From a virus, in the IMG/VR virus record IMGVR_UViG_3300044648_000427: a stretch of DNA of 25,982 nt. One strand, 5' to 3'. Under the pieces are notes generated by a model. That model saw only the letters and a program-made list of their open reading frames with translations, was not told the DNA's origin and did no database searches. Shown here piece by piece: positions 8,948 through 15,679 of the stretch. The position numbers and the translations under genes were made by a program. How positions within the stretch are numbered: position 1 is the first letter of the stretch; the number at the start of each line of letters is the position of its first letter.

Positions 8948-9112
8948 ATGATTTCGTGTGATAAATGTAACAAAGGAATAGGGTATATGTTTCCATGCAC
9001 AAAGGTAAGTGTTGAGGATAATTCAATAAAAAAGAAATCTAGTAAAAGTCATTTGTGTTTAGATTGCGTTCAAGGCAAAGAAATTATATATGGATGGAGT
9101 AGTTCTGAATAA
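8948..9112 (+). CDS. Zn-finger microprotein (54 aa)
   Basis: MISCDKC...HLCLDC; TTTATTAA at 8919; not in the ORF track. Confidence 0.65.
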   Translation: MISCDKCNKGIGYMFPCTKVSVEDNSIKKKSSKSHLCLDCVQGKEIIYGWSSSE

Positions 9113-9134
9113 CTACTCATACAAATTATAATAA

Positions 9135-9308
9135 ATGAAAGATTCATCATGTTCTTGCAAGGGCAAAGATGTAGTTCTAAGACCATTTAAGGTTAGTAAA
9201 AGTCGTACGCTTCTCGTTTGCACCCGTTGTGATGGTTTAGTAGCTGAATGGCTTGATAAGGTTTATCCACCTGACAAAAACTTTACAAATCTAGAAGACT
9301 TAACTTAG
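9135..9308 (+). CDS. Zn-ribbon microprotein (57 aa)
   Basis: MKDSSCSC...LVCTRCDG; not in the ORF track. Confidence 0.6.
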   Translation: MKDSSCSCKGKDVVLRPFKVSKSRTLLVCTRCDGLVAEWLDKVYPPDKNFTNLEDLT

Positions 9309-9441
9309 CTATTTTATCCTGCTTTAATTTTTCTAATTCTTCAATTCGACGTTCAATATTTTTTATGATTCTTTCTAGAGTTCTAACAGTTTCAGGATCT
9401 GAAAAATTTCGAAAAATATGATTACAATTGGGGCATTTCAA
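9283..9441 (-). CDS. CPxC + coiled-coil microprotein (52 aa)
   Basis: TTG-KCPNCNHIF...IERRIEELEKLKQ; not in the ORF track. Confidence 0.5.
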   Translation of the reverse strand: MKCPNCNHIFRNFSDPETVRTLERIIKNIERRIEELEKLKQDKIAKLSLLDL

Positions 9442-9447
9442 TCTGCA

Positions 9448-9816
9448 TCACAGTTTATTTTCTTTAATTATTTTATCCAATTTGGAATTAATATCATCTA
9501 AATCAAATCCATCTGCCCAAACATAAACATCATTCAAGTCTAGTTCAAACCCCTTTAATGTAGTTTCTGTAACGGTATTAGGTATTTCGTCATTTTCTGC
9601 ATCCCAATCTGCATCATTACAGGAACATCCAGAATCAAATACATAGCCGATTTTTCCATCCTTCGTTATTCCAACAAAATTTGCATCCCATTCATAATTT
9701 TCCCATCTATAAGAGTTTACTAAAGGGATCATATTTCTTCCGCCAAAATCAATTTTATTTACATTAGCTAATACAATTTCTAGTTTATTTTTTATCTCAT
9801 CCGTTAAATTTAGCAT
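9448..9816 (-). CDS. Acidic hypothetical protein with DSGCSC motif
   Basis: YEWD...DGKIGYVFDSGCSC, a pattern I recall from small viral proteins; TATA 30 nt upstream. Confidence 0.7.
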   Translation of the reverse strand: MLNLTDEIKNKLEIVLANVNKIDFGGRNMIPLVNSYRWENYEWDANFVGITKDGKIGYVFDSGCSCNDADWDAENDEIPNTVTETTLKGFELDLNDVYVWADGFDLDDINSKLDKIIKENKL

Positions 9817-9835
9817 AAAAAAGTAAGGTCTTTTG

Positions 9836-9857
9836 ATATTTATAAACGTTTATATTT
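9836..9857. promoter_or_regulatory. Back-to-back divergent TATA boxes
   Basis: Palindrome TATAAACGTTTATA (9841-9854); each TATA lies 30 nt from the ATGs at 9816(-) and 9879(+). Confidence 0.75.
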
Positions 9858-9878
9858 ACTTATAACTTTTATTTTATT

Positions 9879-10088
9879 ATGGGTGAAGTAGAGGCAATAA
9901 TAATCCTTTCATTTGTAAGTGCAGGAGTAGGAGCTCTTATCTGGAGGTCTATGGATTTAGGGTTAATGGATGAAATTTATCCATCTGAAAAAACTGGAAG
10001 AACATTAAAAGGAGCATTTTATGGATTTATATTTATTTGGATTTTATATGGAATTCTTCGTCTTTTAAGTTGGGCAATTAATATTTAA
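9879..10088 (+). CDS. 2-TM membrane microprotein
   Basis: Two hydrophobic helices; leaderless. Confidence 0.7.
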   Translation: MGEVEAIIILSFVSAGVGALIWRSMDLGLMDEIYPSEKTGRTLKGAFYGFIFIWILYGILRLLSWAINI

Positions 10089-10126
10089 AGAAAACATTTA
10101 TATTAAATTTTACAGTATAATCTTCT

Positions 10127-10288
10127 GTGGACAAAGTAATAATCGCAAATTGTATAATGATTCTTCTTATAGGTTCATTATTTGTATCAACTAAAAGATA
10201 TAAAGATTACTGCGTACCTATTTGTATGATTGGTGTATCATTAATTCTCGTTTTGTTACTTTTCAACCTTTTTGGAATCTACGGGTGA
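10127..10288 (+). CDS. 2-TM membrane microprotein (53 aa)
   Basis: GTG exactly 30 nt after TTTATATT (10097); MDKVIIANCIMILLIGSLFVSTKRYKDYCVPICMIGVSLILVLLLFNLFGIYG; not in the ORF track. Confidence 0.65.
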   Translation: MDKVIIANCIMILLIGSLFVSTKRYKDYCVPICMIGVSLILVLLLFNLFGIYG

Positions 10289-10474
10289 ATCATAACACTT
10301 ACTACAATAATGTTTTCTACTGTACATATCCATGTATATTTCAGGTGGAATTGCTTTTGTCGTAGAAGTTGAAATACCTTTAATTGGAGTTACTTCATAA
10401 TAAACTATACCATCATTCCTTATTTCGTCTACCCTTTTTTTACATATATCACAAAATATTCTTCTTTCTTCCAT
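10256..10474 (-). CDS. Zn-finger protein
   Basis: IFCDICKK...HYCSKC; CTTAAATA at 10503. Confidence 0.7.
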   Translation of the reverse strand: MEERRIFCDICKKRVDEIRNDGIVYYEVTPIKGISTSTTKAIPPEIYMDMYSRKHYCSKCYDSPVDSKKVEK

Positions 10475-10506
10475 AAAAAAACAAACACATACAAATATTT
10501 AAGGAG

Positions 10507-10576
10507 TACTGTAGCCACATCAGTCTTCCCATTCAATCCCCGCTTATTAGCTAGACAGGATCGGTAGAGTTCGGCT
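10507..10576 (-). ncRNA. Candidate ~65-70-nt rod-like sRNA
   Basis: CTTAAATA at 10605(-), no start codon at +30; AGCCG/UGGCU end pairing, GAUCC/GGAUU and GCU-AAUA-AGC stems. Confidence 0.5.
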
Positions 10577-10611
10577 AAAATATATTAAATTAATCACTAT
10601 TTAAGTATTAA

Positions 10612-10683
10612 AAACGTGGCTACATCCCACGCCACGCATGAGAACACAACGAAACAGCGAAAAACAGAAACGCTATGGGATGC
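10612..10683 (-). ncRNA. Candidate ~70-nt sRNA with terminal stem and 3' AGCCA
   Basis: TTTATATA at 10714(-); GCAUCCCA/UGGGAUGU stem starting at the predicted TSS; T5 terminator. Confidence 0.55.
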
Positions 10684-10760
10684 AATATTAATATAAGTAA
10701 AAATGTTATATAAATGTTTCCATAATTCATATAGAGTAAAAAAGGTTAATAACTTATTTA

Positions 10761-10829
10761 ATGAGTGATCCAGATTCCGAACCTATTAATATTGAAGATG
10801 TAGAAGTAGAAGATGTTGAAGGAGAATAA
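10761..10829 (+). CDS. 22-aa acidic micropeptide
   Basis: MSDPDSEPINIEDVEVEDVEGE; T5 after the stop; not in the ORF track. Confidence 0.5.
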   Translation: MSDPDSEPINIEDVEVEDVEGE

Positions 10830-10943
10830 ATTTTTATCAACTAATTACTTCAACAAGTTTTTATTTAAACTTTACTGAATTTTTGTATAGTAATACTGGA
10901 TTTTTAATAAATGTAAAAAATGGCTCTCTCCCGCCGTATAAAA

Positions 10944-11076
10944 CAAATAGTTGTATACTCAGGATAGTATTTAAACCTTTTTGTTGAATTTAAAATTTTT
11001 ACTTTTTCTTAGTTTTTGATTTTGATGTAGGCATGTCGCAAATAGTAATATTCTCAGGGATCTATTTAAACCCTTT
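10944..11076 (-). repeat. Duplicated 38-bp promoter unit (10944-10981 and 11039-11076)
   Basis: 30/38 identical by manual alignment, covering BRE-TATA through the TSS. Confidence 0.75.
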
Positions 11077-11120
11077 GGTTCAGGTAAAGGTTTAAATATG
11101 AAACAATAACAATTATTAAT

Positions 11121-11318
11121 ATGGTAGACGTAATAATACTGTTACTAGGTGCTGCTATATATAATATTGTTCTTGGTTTTGGAACATTAGGTTTCGCTTA
11201 TGGAGCTTTTGTAAGTTTTAGAGAAGAAGATAGGTTTGAAGGGATATTATGTACTATAGTTTTTGTGGTACTTTTGTTAACATGGATACTAATAAATTAT
11301 CTATTCTTTAGGAGTTAA
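11121..11318 (+). CDS. 2-TM membrane microprotein
   Basis: AAAGG-TTTAAATA at 11091, ATG 30 nt later. Confidence 0.7.
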   Translation: MVDVIILLLGAAIYNIVLGFGTLGFAYGAFVSFREEDRFEGILCTIVFVVLLLTWILINYLFFRS

Positions 11319-11320
11319 AA

Positions 11321-11509
11321 ATGATAGATTTAATATTATTACTCCTGATCAATATTACAAGTGCTTTAGGGTTATATTGGGTTATTAGGGTGATATATGA
11401 TTCCCCTACTAATGCTATACGTATAACATTCCTTATCCTTATTACTATTATGATAATATCTATTGTACTAGTTAACTATATGGTACTAGATCTACATTAC
11501 CATTATTAG
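11321..11509 (+). CDS. 2-TM membrane microprotein
   Basis: Two hydrophobic helices; same layout and similar start (MIDLILLLL vs MVDVIILLL) as its neighbour. Confidence 0.65.
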   Translation: MIDLILLLLINITSALGLYWVIRVIYDSPTNAIRITFLILITIMIISIVLVNYMVLDLHYHY

Positions 11510-11519
11510 TATATTATAT

Positions 11520-11735
11520 TATTTACCGTTATAACATTAGTACGTTATTAGTAATTGGCCGTTGTACGTTATATGTACATGTACATCGGCCGGAAACGGC
11601 CGGGTAATGTGAGCGAAGCGAACATATAGAGTTTTGTTTTGAACGGATATATAACAACCCCTCCGGGGTTAGACCTGCAAGACAGGATCTCTGATTTCTG
11701 ATATATAAACATTTTAACCCTATTTCCCCCATTAA
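11520..11735. other. Palindrome/hairpin-dense non-coding locus; candidate replication origin
   Basis: ATGTACATGTACAT, CGGCCG-GAAA-CGGCCG, GCGAAGC, AACCCC-TCC-GGGGTT and CCTG-N5-CAGG near the switch of coding strand. Confidence 0.5.
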
Positions 11736-11791
11736 ATTGTAGGTTAATATGTATGCAAAAGTTTATATTTAAGCATCAAATTTTTAGTTTT

Positions 11792-11932
11792 ATGAAAGTA
11801 AAATTCTTTCCTGCATCAATGTTTGAAACTTTAGAAATTTATATAAATAGCTTTATTTCAGATAAAAAAGTTATAGATGTAAAAGTTGATTATACTCCAA
11901 CAGGATTTTATGCAATTGTCCTTTATGAATAA
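11792..11932 (+). CDS. 46-aa microprotein resembling the Cse60-like beta-alpha-beta-beta family
   Basis: MKVKFF...LEIYINSFISDKKVIDVKV...FYAIVLYE; TATA at 11762 (+30); not in the ORF track. Confidence 0.65.
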   Translation: MKVKFFPASMFETLEIYINSFISDKKVIDVKVDYTPTGFYAIVLYE

Positions 11933-11965
11933 ACATTTATATAATCAAAAAATCTAATGATTGGT

Positions 11966-12100
11966 ATGAGTCAGAGCCAAAAACTTGTATGTAGATCTTG
12001 CAACCATTTATTAAAAATTCACTTTCGAAGGGTAATTTGTCGTTGTCCTTGTTTCCCATGTCAAGCGGAAGGATGCGATTGTAATAGGGTTTGGACTTGA
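11966..12100 (+). CDS. Cys/His-rich microprotein (44 aa)
   Basis: CRSCNHLLKIH...CRCPCFPCQAEGCDC; TATA at 11936 (+30); not in the ORF track. Confidence 0.7.
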   Translation: MSQSQKLVCRSCNHLLKIHFRRVICRCPCFPCQAEGCDCNRVWT

Positions 12101-12106
12101 TAGCTT

Positions 12107-12310
12107 TTGACCGATAATCCCTTACAATATGTTATCTCCCTCCCCTTAGCTGTATCTGGTGCAATTTTTATATTATATTTAGAGCATATGGTTTTAGAAG
12201 AGAATGCATTCTTTATTGTTGGATTTATTAGCTTTGTATGTGTTATATATTTTGCTTTTATCTTGGGAGATAAACTTATAAGTATGATTGAGGTAAAGAG
12301 AAAACGATGA
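12107..12310 (+). CDS. 2-TM membrane microprotein
   Basis: Two hydrophobic helices, basic tail. Confidence 0.65.
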   Translation: MTDNPLQYVISLPLAVSGAIFILYLEHMVLEENAFFIVGFISFVCVIYFAFILGDKLISMIEVKRKR

Positions 12311-12570
12311 GTTCTCACTGTAGAGATCGATGTAGAAAGATCAAAGAAGCTGTGTGTTATAAAAATAGAAAGAAATATAAGATGGGTACAACGGGCGTGA
12401 AATGTTCAACCTGTGAAATACATTTACCAATTAATTATAGTGGAATAAAGTTAGCTAAGAATGGTGCAAGGATTTGTCCATGTTGTGGATGTAAATTATC
12501 ATCAAGAATTAATTCTAAAAAACATTATGTAGAACAATTAGTAGCTTGTGGAAAGGTGGTACGATATTAG
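12307..12570 (+). CDS. Zn-ribbon protein
   Basis: CRDRC...KCSTCEI...ICPCCGCKL. Confidence 0.7.
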   Translation: MSSHCRDRCRKIKEAVCYKNRKKYKMGTTGVKCSTCEIHLPINYSGIKLAKNGARICPCCGCKLSSRINSKKHYVEQLVACGKVVRY

Positions 12571-12692
12571 TGGGTTTTATTTATGTTTTTAAATATTGTG
12601 ATAAAACAGGTAGTTGGGGATTTGTTATTGAACATGAAGAAAAAGAGTATAGATTACAAAAGCTTTTATATGAGGATTGGGAAGAAGATTAA
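12570..12692 (+). CDS. 40-aa hypothetical microprotein
   Basis: GTG overlaps the upstream stop and its TAA overlaps the next ATG (12692); not in the ORF track. Confidence 0.5.
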   Translation: MGFIYVFKYCDKTGSWGFVIEHEEKEYRLQKLLYEDWEED

Positions 12693-12877
12693 TGGAAATA
12701 CCTATAGGTAAATGGATTGGTATAAGATGGTCAGTATTATCTAATATGGTTAAAGGTTTACCTATATTTAATTTTGGAATTATATTGACTAAAACGAGTA
12801 TGTATGCAGATCTAGATAGCAAATGGTTAACGGTTTATGAATTTGAGGAGCAAGGAATACTAAATGGAAAAAATTAA
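12692..12877 (+). CDS. Hypothetical protein
   Basis: ORF track 12677..; start moved to MEIPIG because of TAATG coupling. Confidence 0.5.
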   Translation: MEIPIGKWIGIRWSVLSNMVKGLPIFNFGIILTKTSMYADLDSKWLTVYEFEEQGILNGKN

Positions 12878-13214
12878 ATTAACTAAAGAACAAAAAGAGA
12901 TATTAGATAGACTTAATTCAATGCTATTTCATGATTATTGGCCAATAGTACTTCAATCTATGGAAAATTATGAAGAGCTTAAGGAATATTCAGATATGGA
13001 TAAACACGAGAAAGCAATATATACTCAAGGATATGCTAAAGCAGTTTGGGATATAACTTACAATACAGAAGCTGCCAAGGATGGATATTTACCTGATGAC
13101 AATACAATTAAAAATTGGAATAAAGAAAAGCTTGAACAATTAAAAAAAGAAGGATACAAAATTGAAGAAAAAGATGGTATAATACATATTAGTTCAAAAG
13201 TGAAGGATGAATGA
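12864..13214 (+). CDS. Hypothetical protein
   Basis: ORF track; operon. Confidence 0.65.
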   Translation: MEKIKLTKEQKEILDRLNSMLFHDYWPIVLQSMENYEELKEYSDMDKHEKAIYTQGYAKAVWDITYNTEAAKDGYLPDDNTIKNWNKEKLEQLKKEGYKIEEKDGIIHISSKVKDE

Positions 13215-13471
13215 AAGTATACGTTATTGTTCAATCAGACTATGAGTGTGGAGCTGGATTATCCGGTAAAGTTTTTGATTCAGAAGAAAAGGCTAGAAAA
13301 TATGTAGATAAATTAAATAAAGAAACTTATGATGGATGGTTAGATTTTGCTAAAACTGAAACTCATGAACTGATGAAAATGCGTCTTGAAGAATGTGGTT
13401 CACCTGAGGCTTATGCTAAAGATATGTTGGAACACGAAAAATATTTTTACCGTATGGAGGAAGTAGAATGA
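13211..13471 (+). CDS. Small viral protein with 'VY.....VFDSEEKA..Y' domain
   Basis: Shares this N-terminal motif with 15218..15679. Confidence 0.7.
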   Translation: MKVYVIVQSDYECGAGLSGKVFDSEEKARKYVDKLNKETYDGWLDFAKTETHELMKMRLEECGSPEAYAKDMLEHEKYFYRMEEVE

Positions 13472-13602
13472 ACGATCGTATTACCTATGAGTGTGGATGT
13501 TGGTATGATTTTGAATATGATTATGGAGTTCTTGTTTTGGATGAATATGGAACCCAGTTTGGTTTATGTGATAAACATTACAAAATGATTGATGATGAGT
13601 GA
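13468..13602 (+). CDS. CxC...CxxH microprotein (44 aa)
   Basis: YECGC...LCDKH; ATGA coupling; not in the ORF track. Confidence 0.6.
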   Translation: MNDRITYECGCWYDFEYDYGVLVLDEYGTQFGLCDKHYKMIDDE

Positions 13603-13672
13603 AGAGCTTTTTATTCGTTTACTAATTGGTATTAGTTCTTTTCCTTTTTTAATATTAATATTTGCTATATGA
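13595..13672 (+). CDS. 25-aa single-TM micropeptide
   Basis: MSEELFIRLLIGISSFPFLILIFAI, coupled on both sides; not in the ORF track. Confidence 0.45.
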   Translation: MSEELFIRLLIGISSFPFLILIFAI

Positions 13673-13806
13673 ATTACTGTTTTCTAGGAGATCATGAATG
13701 GGGCGAAGATGACGGGCAGAAAATTTACAGGGCTTGTATGAAATGCGTAAAATCAAAAGGTTCTGATATTAAAGAAGGGGCAAAATTACTCAGGGATCTT
13801 GATTAA
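13669..13806 (+). CDS. C...H / CxxC microprotein (45 aa)
   Basis: MNYCFLGDHEW...RACMKC; ATGA coupling; not in the ORF track. Confidence 0.6.
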   Translation: MNYCFLGDHEWGEDDGQKIYRACMKCVKSKGSDIKEGAKLLRDLD

Positions 13807-13841
13807 AAAAGTTTAAATATTAATAAAACTTATTTATCTTT

Positions 13842-14138
13842 ATGAGTGAAGAATTTCAATTCGATAAAAATCTTGTTAAACTTATTCAAGGATTAGGTCA
13901 ACACAAAAATAGATTAATAATTTTAGAAGGGATAATTAATATTGGTAAAGATGAAGTTACTATGAAAGAGCTTCAAGAAAATACTAATTATAATATTACC
14001 GAAATACATAAACAATTACAGGAATTGGTTTCAAGTGGAATAGTTACACGGGCTGGAATGGATGAAAAAGATCCTACACGTTATACGATTTCTCCACTTG
14101 GTAGAAAATTACTTCAGGCATTAAATACTGTGATTTAA
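13842..14138 (+). CDS. Winged-helix (ArsR-like) transcription regulator
   Basis: LGQHKNRLIIL...TMKELQE...IHKQLQELVSSGIV...YTISPLG; own TATA at 13812. Confidence 0.8.
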   Translation: MSEEFQFDKNLVKLIQGLGQHKNRLIILEGIINIGKDEVTMKELQENTNYNITEIHKQLQELVSSGIVTRAGMDEKDPTRYTISPLGRKLLQALNTVI

Positions 14139-14447
14139 ATGAAAGGTTACATTTTTCTTGTTGTTTTTATTTTTGGAGTTCAATCTGCATTTGCTCAGGT
14201 TACTGAGGATCAATGGGTTACTCAAGAACAGATAGATAAATGTACAAAATTTAATGGTTTTAGCTTGATAATAATTATAATGCAAACTGAAGGTAATTCA
14301 TTAAATATTTGTAGTTCTGTATTGGATAAAGCAATAGAGAAAGGGTATACAATTAAAACAGATATTTTAGGCCCTGCTTGGTTAGGAGAGGGATGTAGTA
14401 GTAGTTGTGCATATACTAAATATATAATTCTTGAAAGAAATGAATAA
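14139..14447 (+). CDS. Secreted Cys-containing protein
   Basis: Signal peptide ending AFA. Confidence 0.6.
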   Translation: MKGYIFLVVFIFGVQSAFAQVTEDQWVTQEQIDKCTKFNGFSLIIIIMQTEGNSLNICSSVLDKAIEKGYTIKTDILGPAWLGEGCSSSCAYTKYIILERNE

Positions 14448-14634
14448 AACAATAAAAAAATATTTAGAAACTGTTTATCCTGTTGGCCCTTATGTAAATG
14501 AGGGAACTTTCCGTAAACATAAATTAAAAAATAAAAAAATGGAAAAACGTAGAGGTTATCATTTAAATCCATACACTTATATACTTGAAGAAACTTATCA
14601 AACATGGGAAAGGAAATATGACAAATTCAAATGA
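14440..14634 (+). CDS. Basic hypothetical protein
   Basis: ORF track 14431..; probable start MNKTIKK. Confidence 0.5.
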   Translation: MNKTIKKYLETVYPVGPYVNEGTFRKHKLKNKKMEKRRGYHLNPYTYILEETYQTWERKYDKFK

Positions 14635-14833
14635 AGTGAAGGTTTCTCCGATTTTACTTGGTCAAGAGTTAGGTCATTCTGATTCAAAATATTTACAAAA
14701 ACGTGTAGATGAATGTTTACAAACTCTAGAAGCTTTACTTAAAATTCATACAACTACTAAAAATTGTTGCCCTGATATAACAAGAAGATTGGGATTAACA
14801 ATTGGATATGTAAAGGATGTAAGAGTTGGATAG
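14618..14833 (+). CDS. Hypothetical protein
   Basis: ORF track 14585..; probable start MTNSNE. Confidence 0.5.
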   Translation: MTNSNEVKVSPILLGQELGHSDSKYLQKRVDECLQTLEALLKIHTTTKNCCPDITRRLGLTIGYVKDVRVG

Positions 14834-15062
14834 TCTTTCAGAATTACAGAAATTAGTTTATGAGATATTTACAGATCCATGTTGGAGAGGAAGCGGTTTA
14901 CCTAATGTTCCTATAGAGATACAAGTTAGAAACTTATTAGAAAAATTAGGAAGAGAACAAGGAAGATATAAAGAGATTATAATGAGACAAGAAGATTTAA
15001 TTAAGAAATTAGCTACCAGATTAGATGACTATATAAAATTTGGATATTCGAATACTTTATAA
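14826..15062 (+). CDS. Hypothetical protein
   Basis: ORF track; operon. Confidence 0.55.
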   Translation: MDSLSELQKLVYEIFTDPCWRGSGLPNVPIEIQVRNLLEKLGREQGRYKEIIMRQEDLIKKLATRLDDYIKFGYSNTL

Positions 15063-15086
15063 GTAAGCATTCTGATTAAAGCTTTC

Positions 15087-15221
15087 ATGGCTAATTGTCC
15101 AACTTGTTCAAGAGATAGACCAGTCGAATTACAAATTGATCCCCGTACAATAAATAGAGAATTTAAACGTGCAACATGCCCAAAGTGTAGAAAAGCGTTT
15201 GAGGTGAAGGATTGGGATTGA
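15087..15221 (+). CDS. CPxC Zn-ribbon microprotein (44 aa)
   Basis: MANCPTC...ATCPKCRKAFEV; TTTATAAG at 15056; not in the ORF track. Confidence 0.7.
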   Translation: MANCPTCSRDRPVELQIDPRTINREFKRATCPKCRKAFEVKDWD

Positions 15222-15679
15222 AAGTTTGGGTAGTTGAGGAAGGTTATTATTCCGATAGAGGAATAAGTGCGATTTTTTCTACAGAGGAAAAGGCAAATGA
15301 CTATATTAAAATAATGAACCAATATAGCTATAGTTGGGGTGATATTCATGAGAAACCTGTCGAATTTGATTTAGATCCACAGTTACCAAATATAAGGGAT
15401 TATTTTGAATATGATCATTTTTATTGGGTTGAAATGGATAAGGAGGGTTATTTTAATAGAATGCCTCAAAGAGGTGGAATTGATATAGAAAATCCTGATA
15501 CAAGAAAGATACACTTTTATTTTAAAAGATCAGATCAAGAAGTTTTACTTGAAGGATTTGTTAATGCTAATGATGAAAAACATGCTTTACAAATTGTAAA
15601 TAGAAAAAGAAAAGAAGTCTTTGACAAGTGGCCGAAACTTGAAGATTTCGATTTATGGAACCATAATATAGATGTATAA
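15218..15679 (+). CDS. Viral protein with 'VW...G.YSD..I..IFSTEEKA..Y' N-domain
   Basis: TTGA-coupled start; motif shared with 13211..13471. Confidence 0.7.
   Translation: MKVWVVEEGYYSDRGISAIFSTEEKANDYIKIMNQYSYSWGDIHEKPVEFDLDPQLPNIRDYFEYDHFYWVEMDKEGYFNRMPQRGGIDIENPDTRKIHFYFKRSDQEVLLEGFVNANDEKHALQIVNRKRKEVFDKWPKLEDFDLWNHNIDV

Noticed and set aside
10612-10683. Canonical tRNA call
   Set aside because: 67 nt to the CCA, with no anticodon arm, D-loop GG or GTTCRA loop
10944-11076. Mini-CRISPR or solitary repeat unit interpretation of the 38-bp duplicate
   Set aside because: The repeats are BRE-TATA promoter sequence, only 30/38 identical, 57 nt apart, with no CRISPR-like termini and no cas genes
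11529-11732. 67-aa minus ORF across the palindrome cluster
   Set aside because: No clear TATA at +30; a TATA lies inside it; the sequence is better explained by DNA/RNA structure
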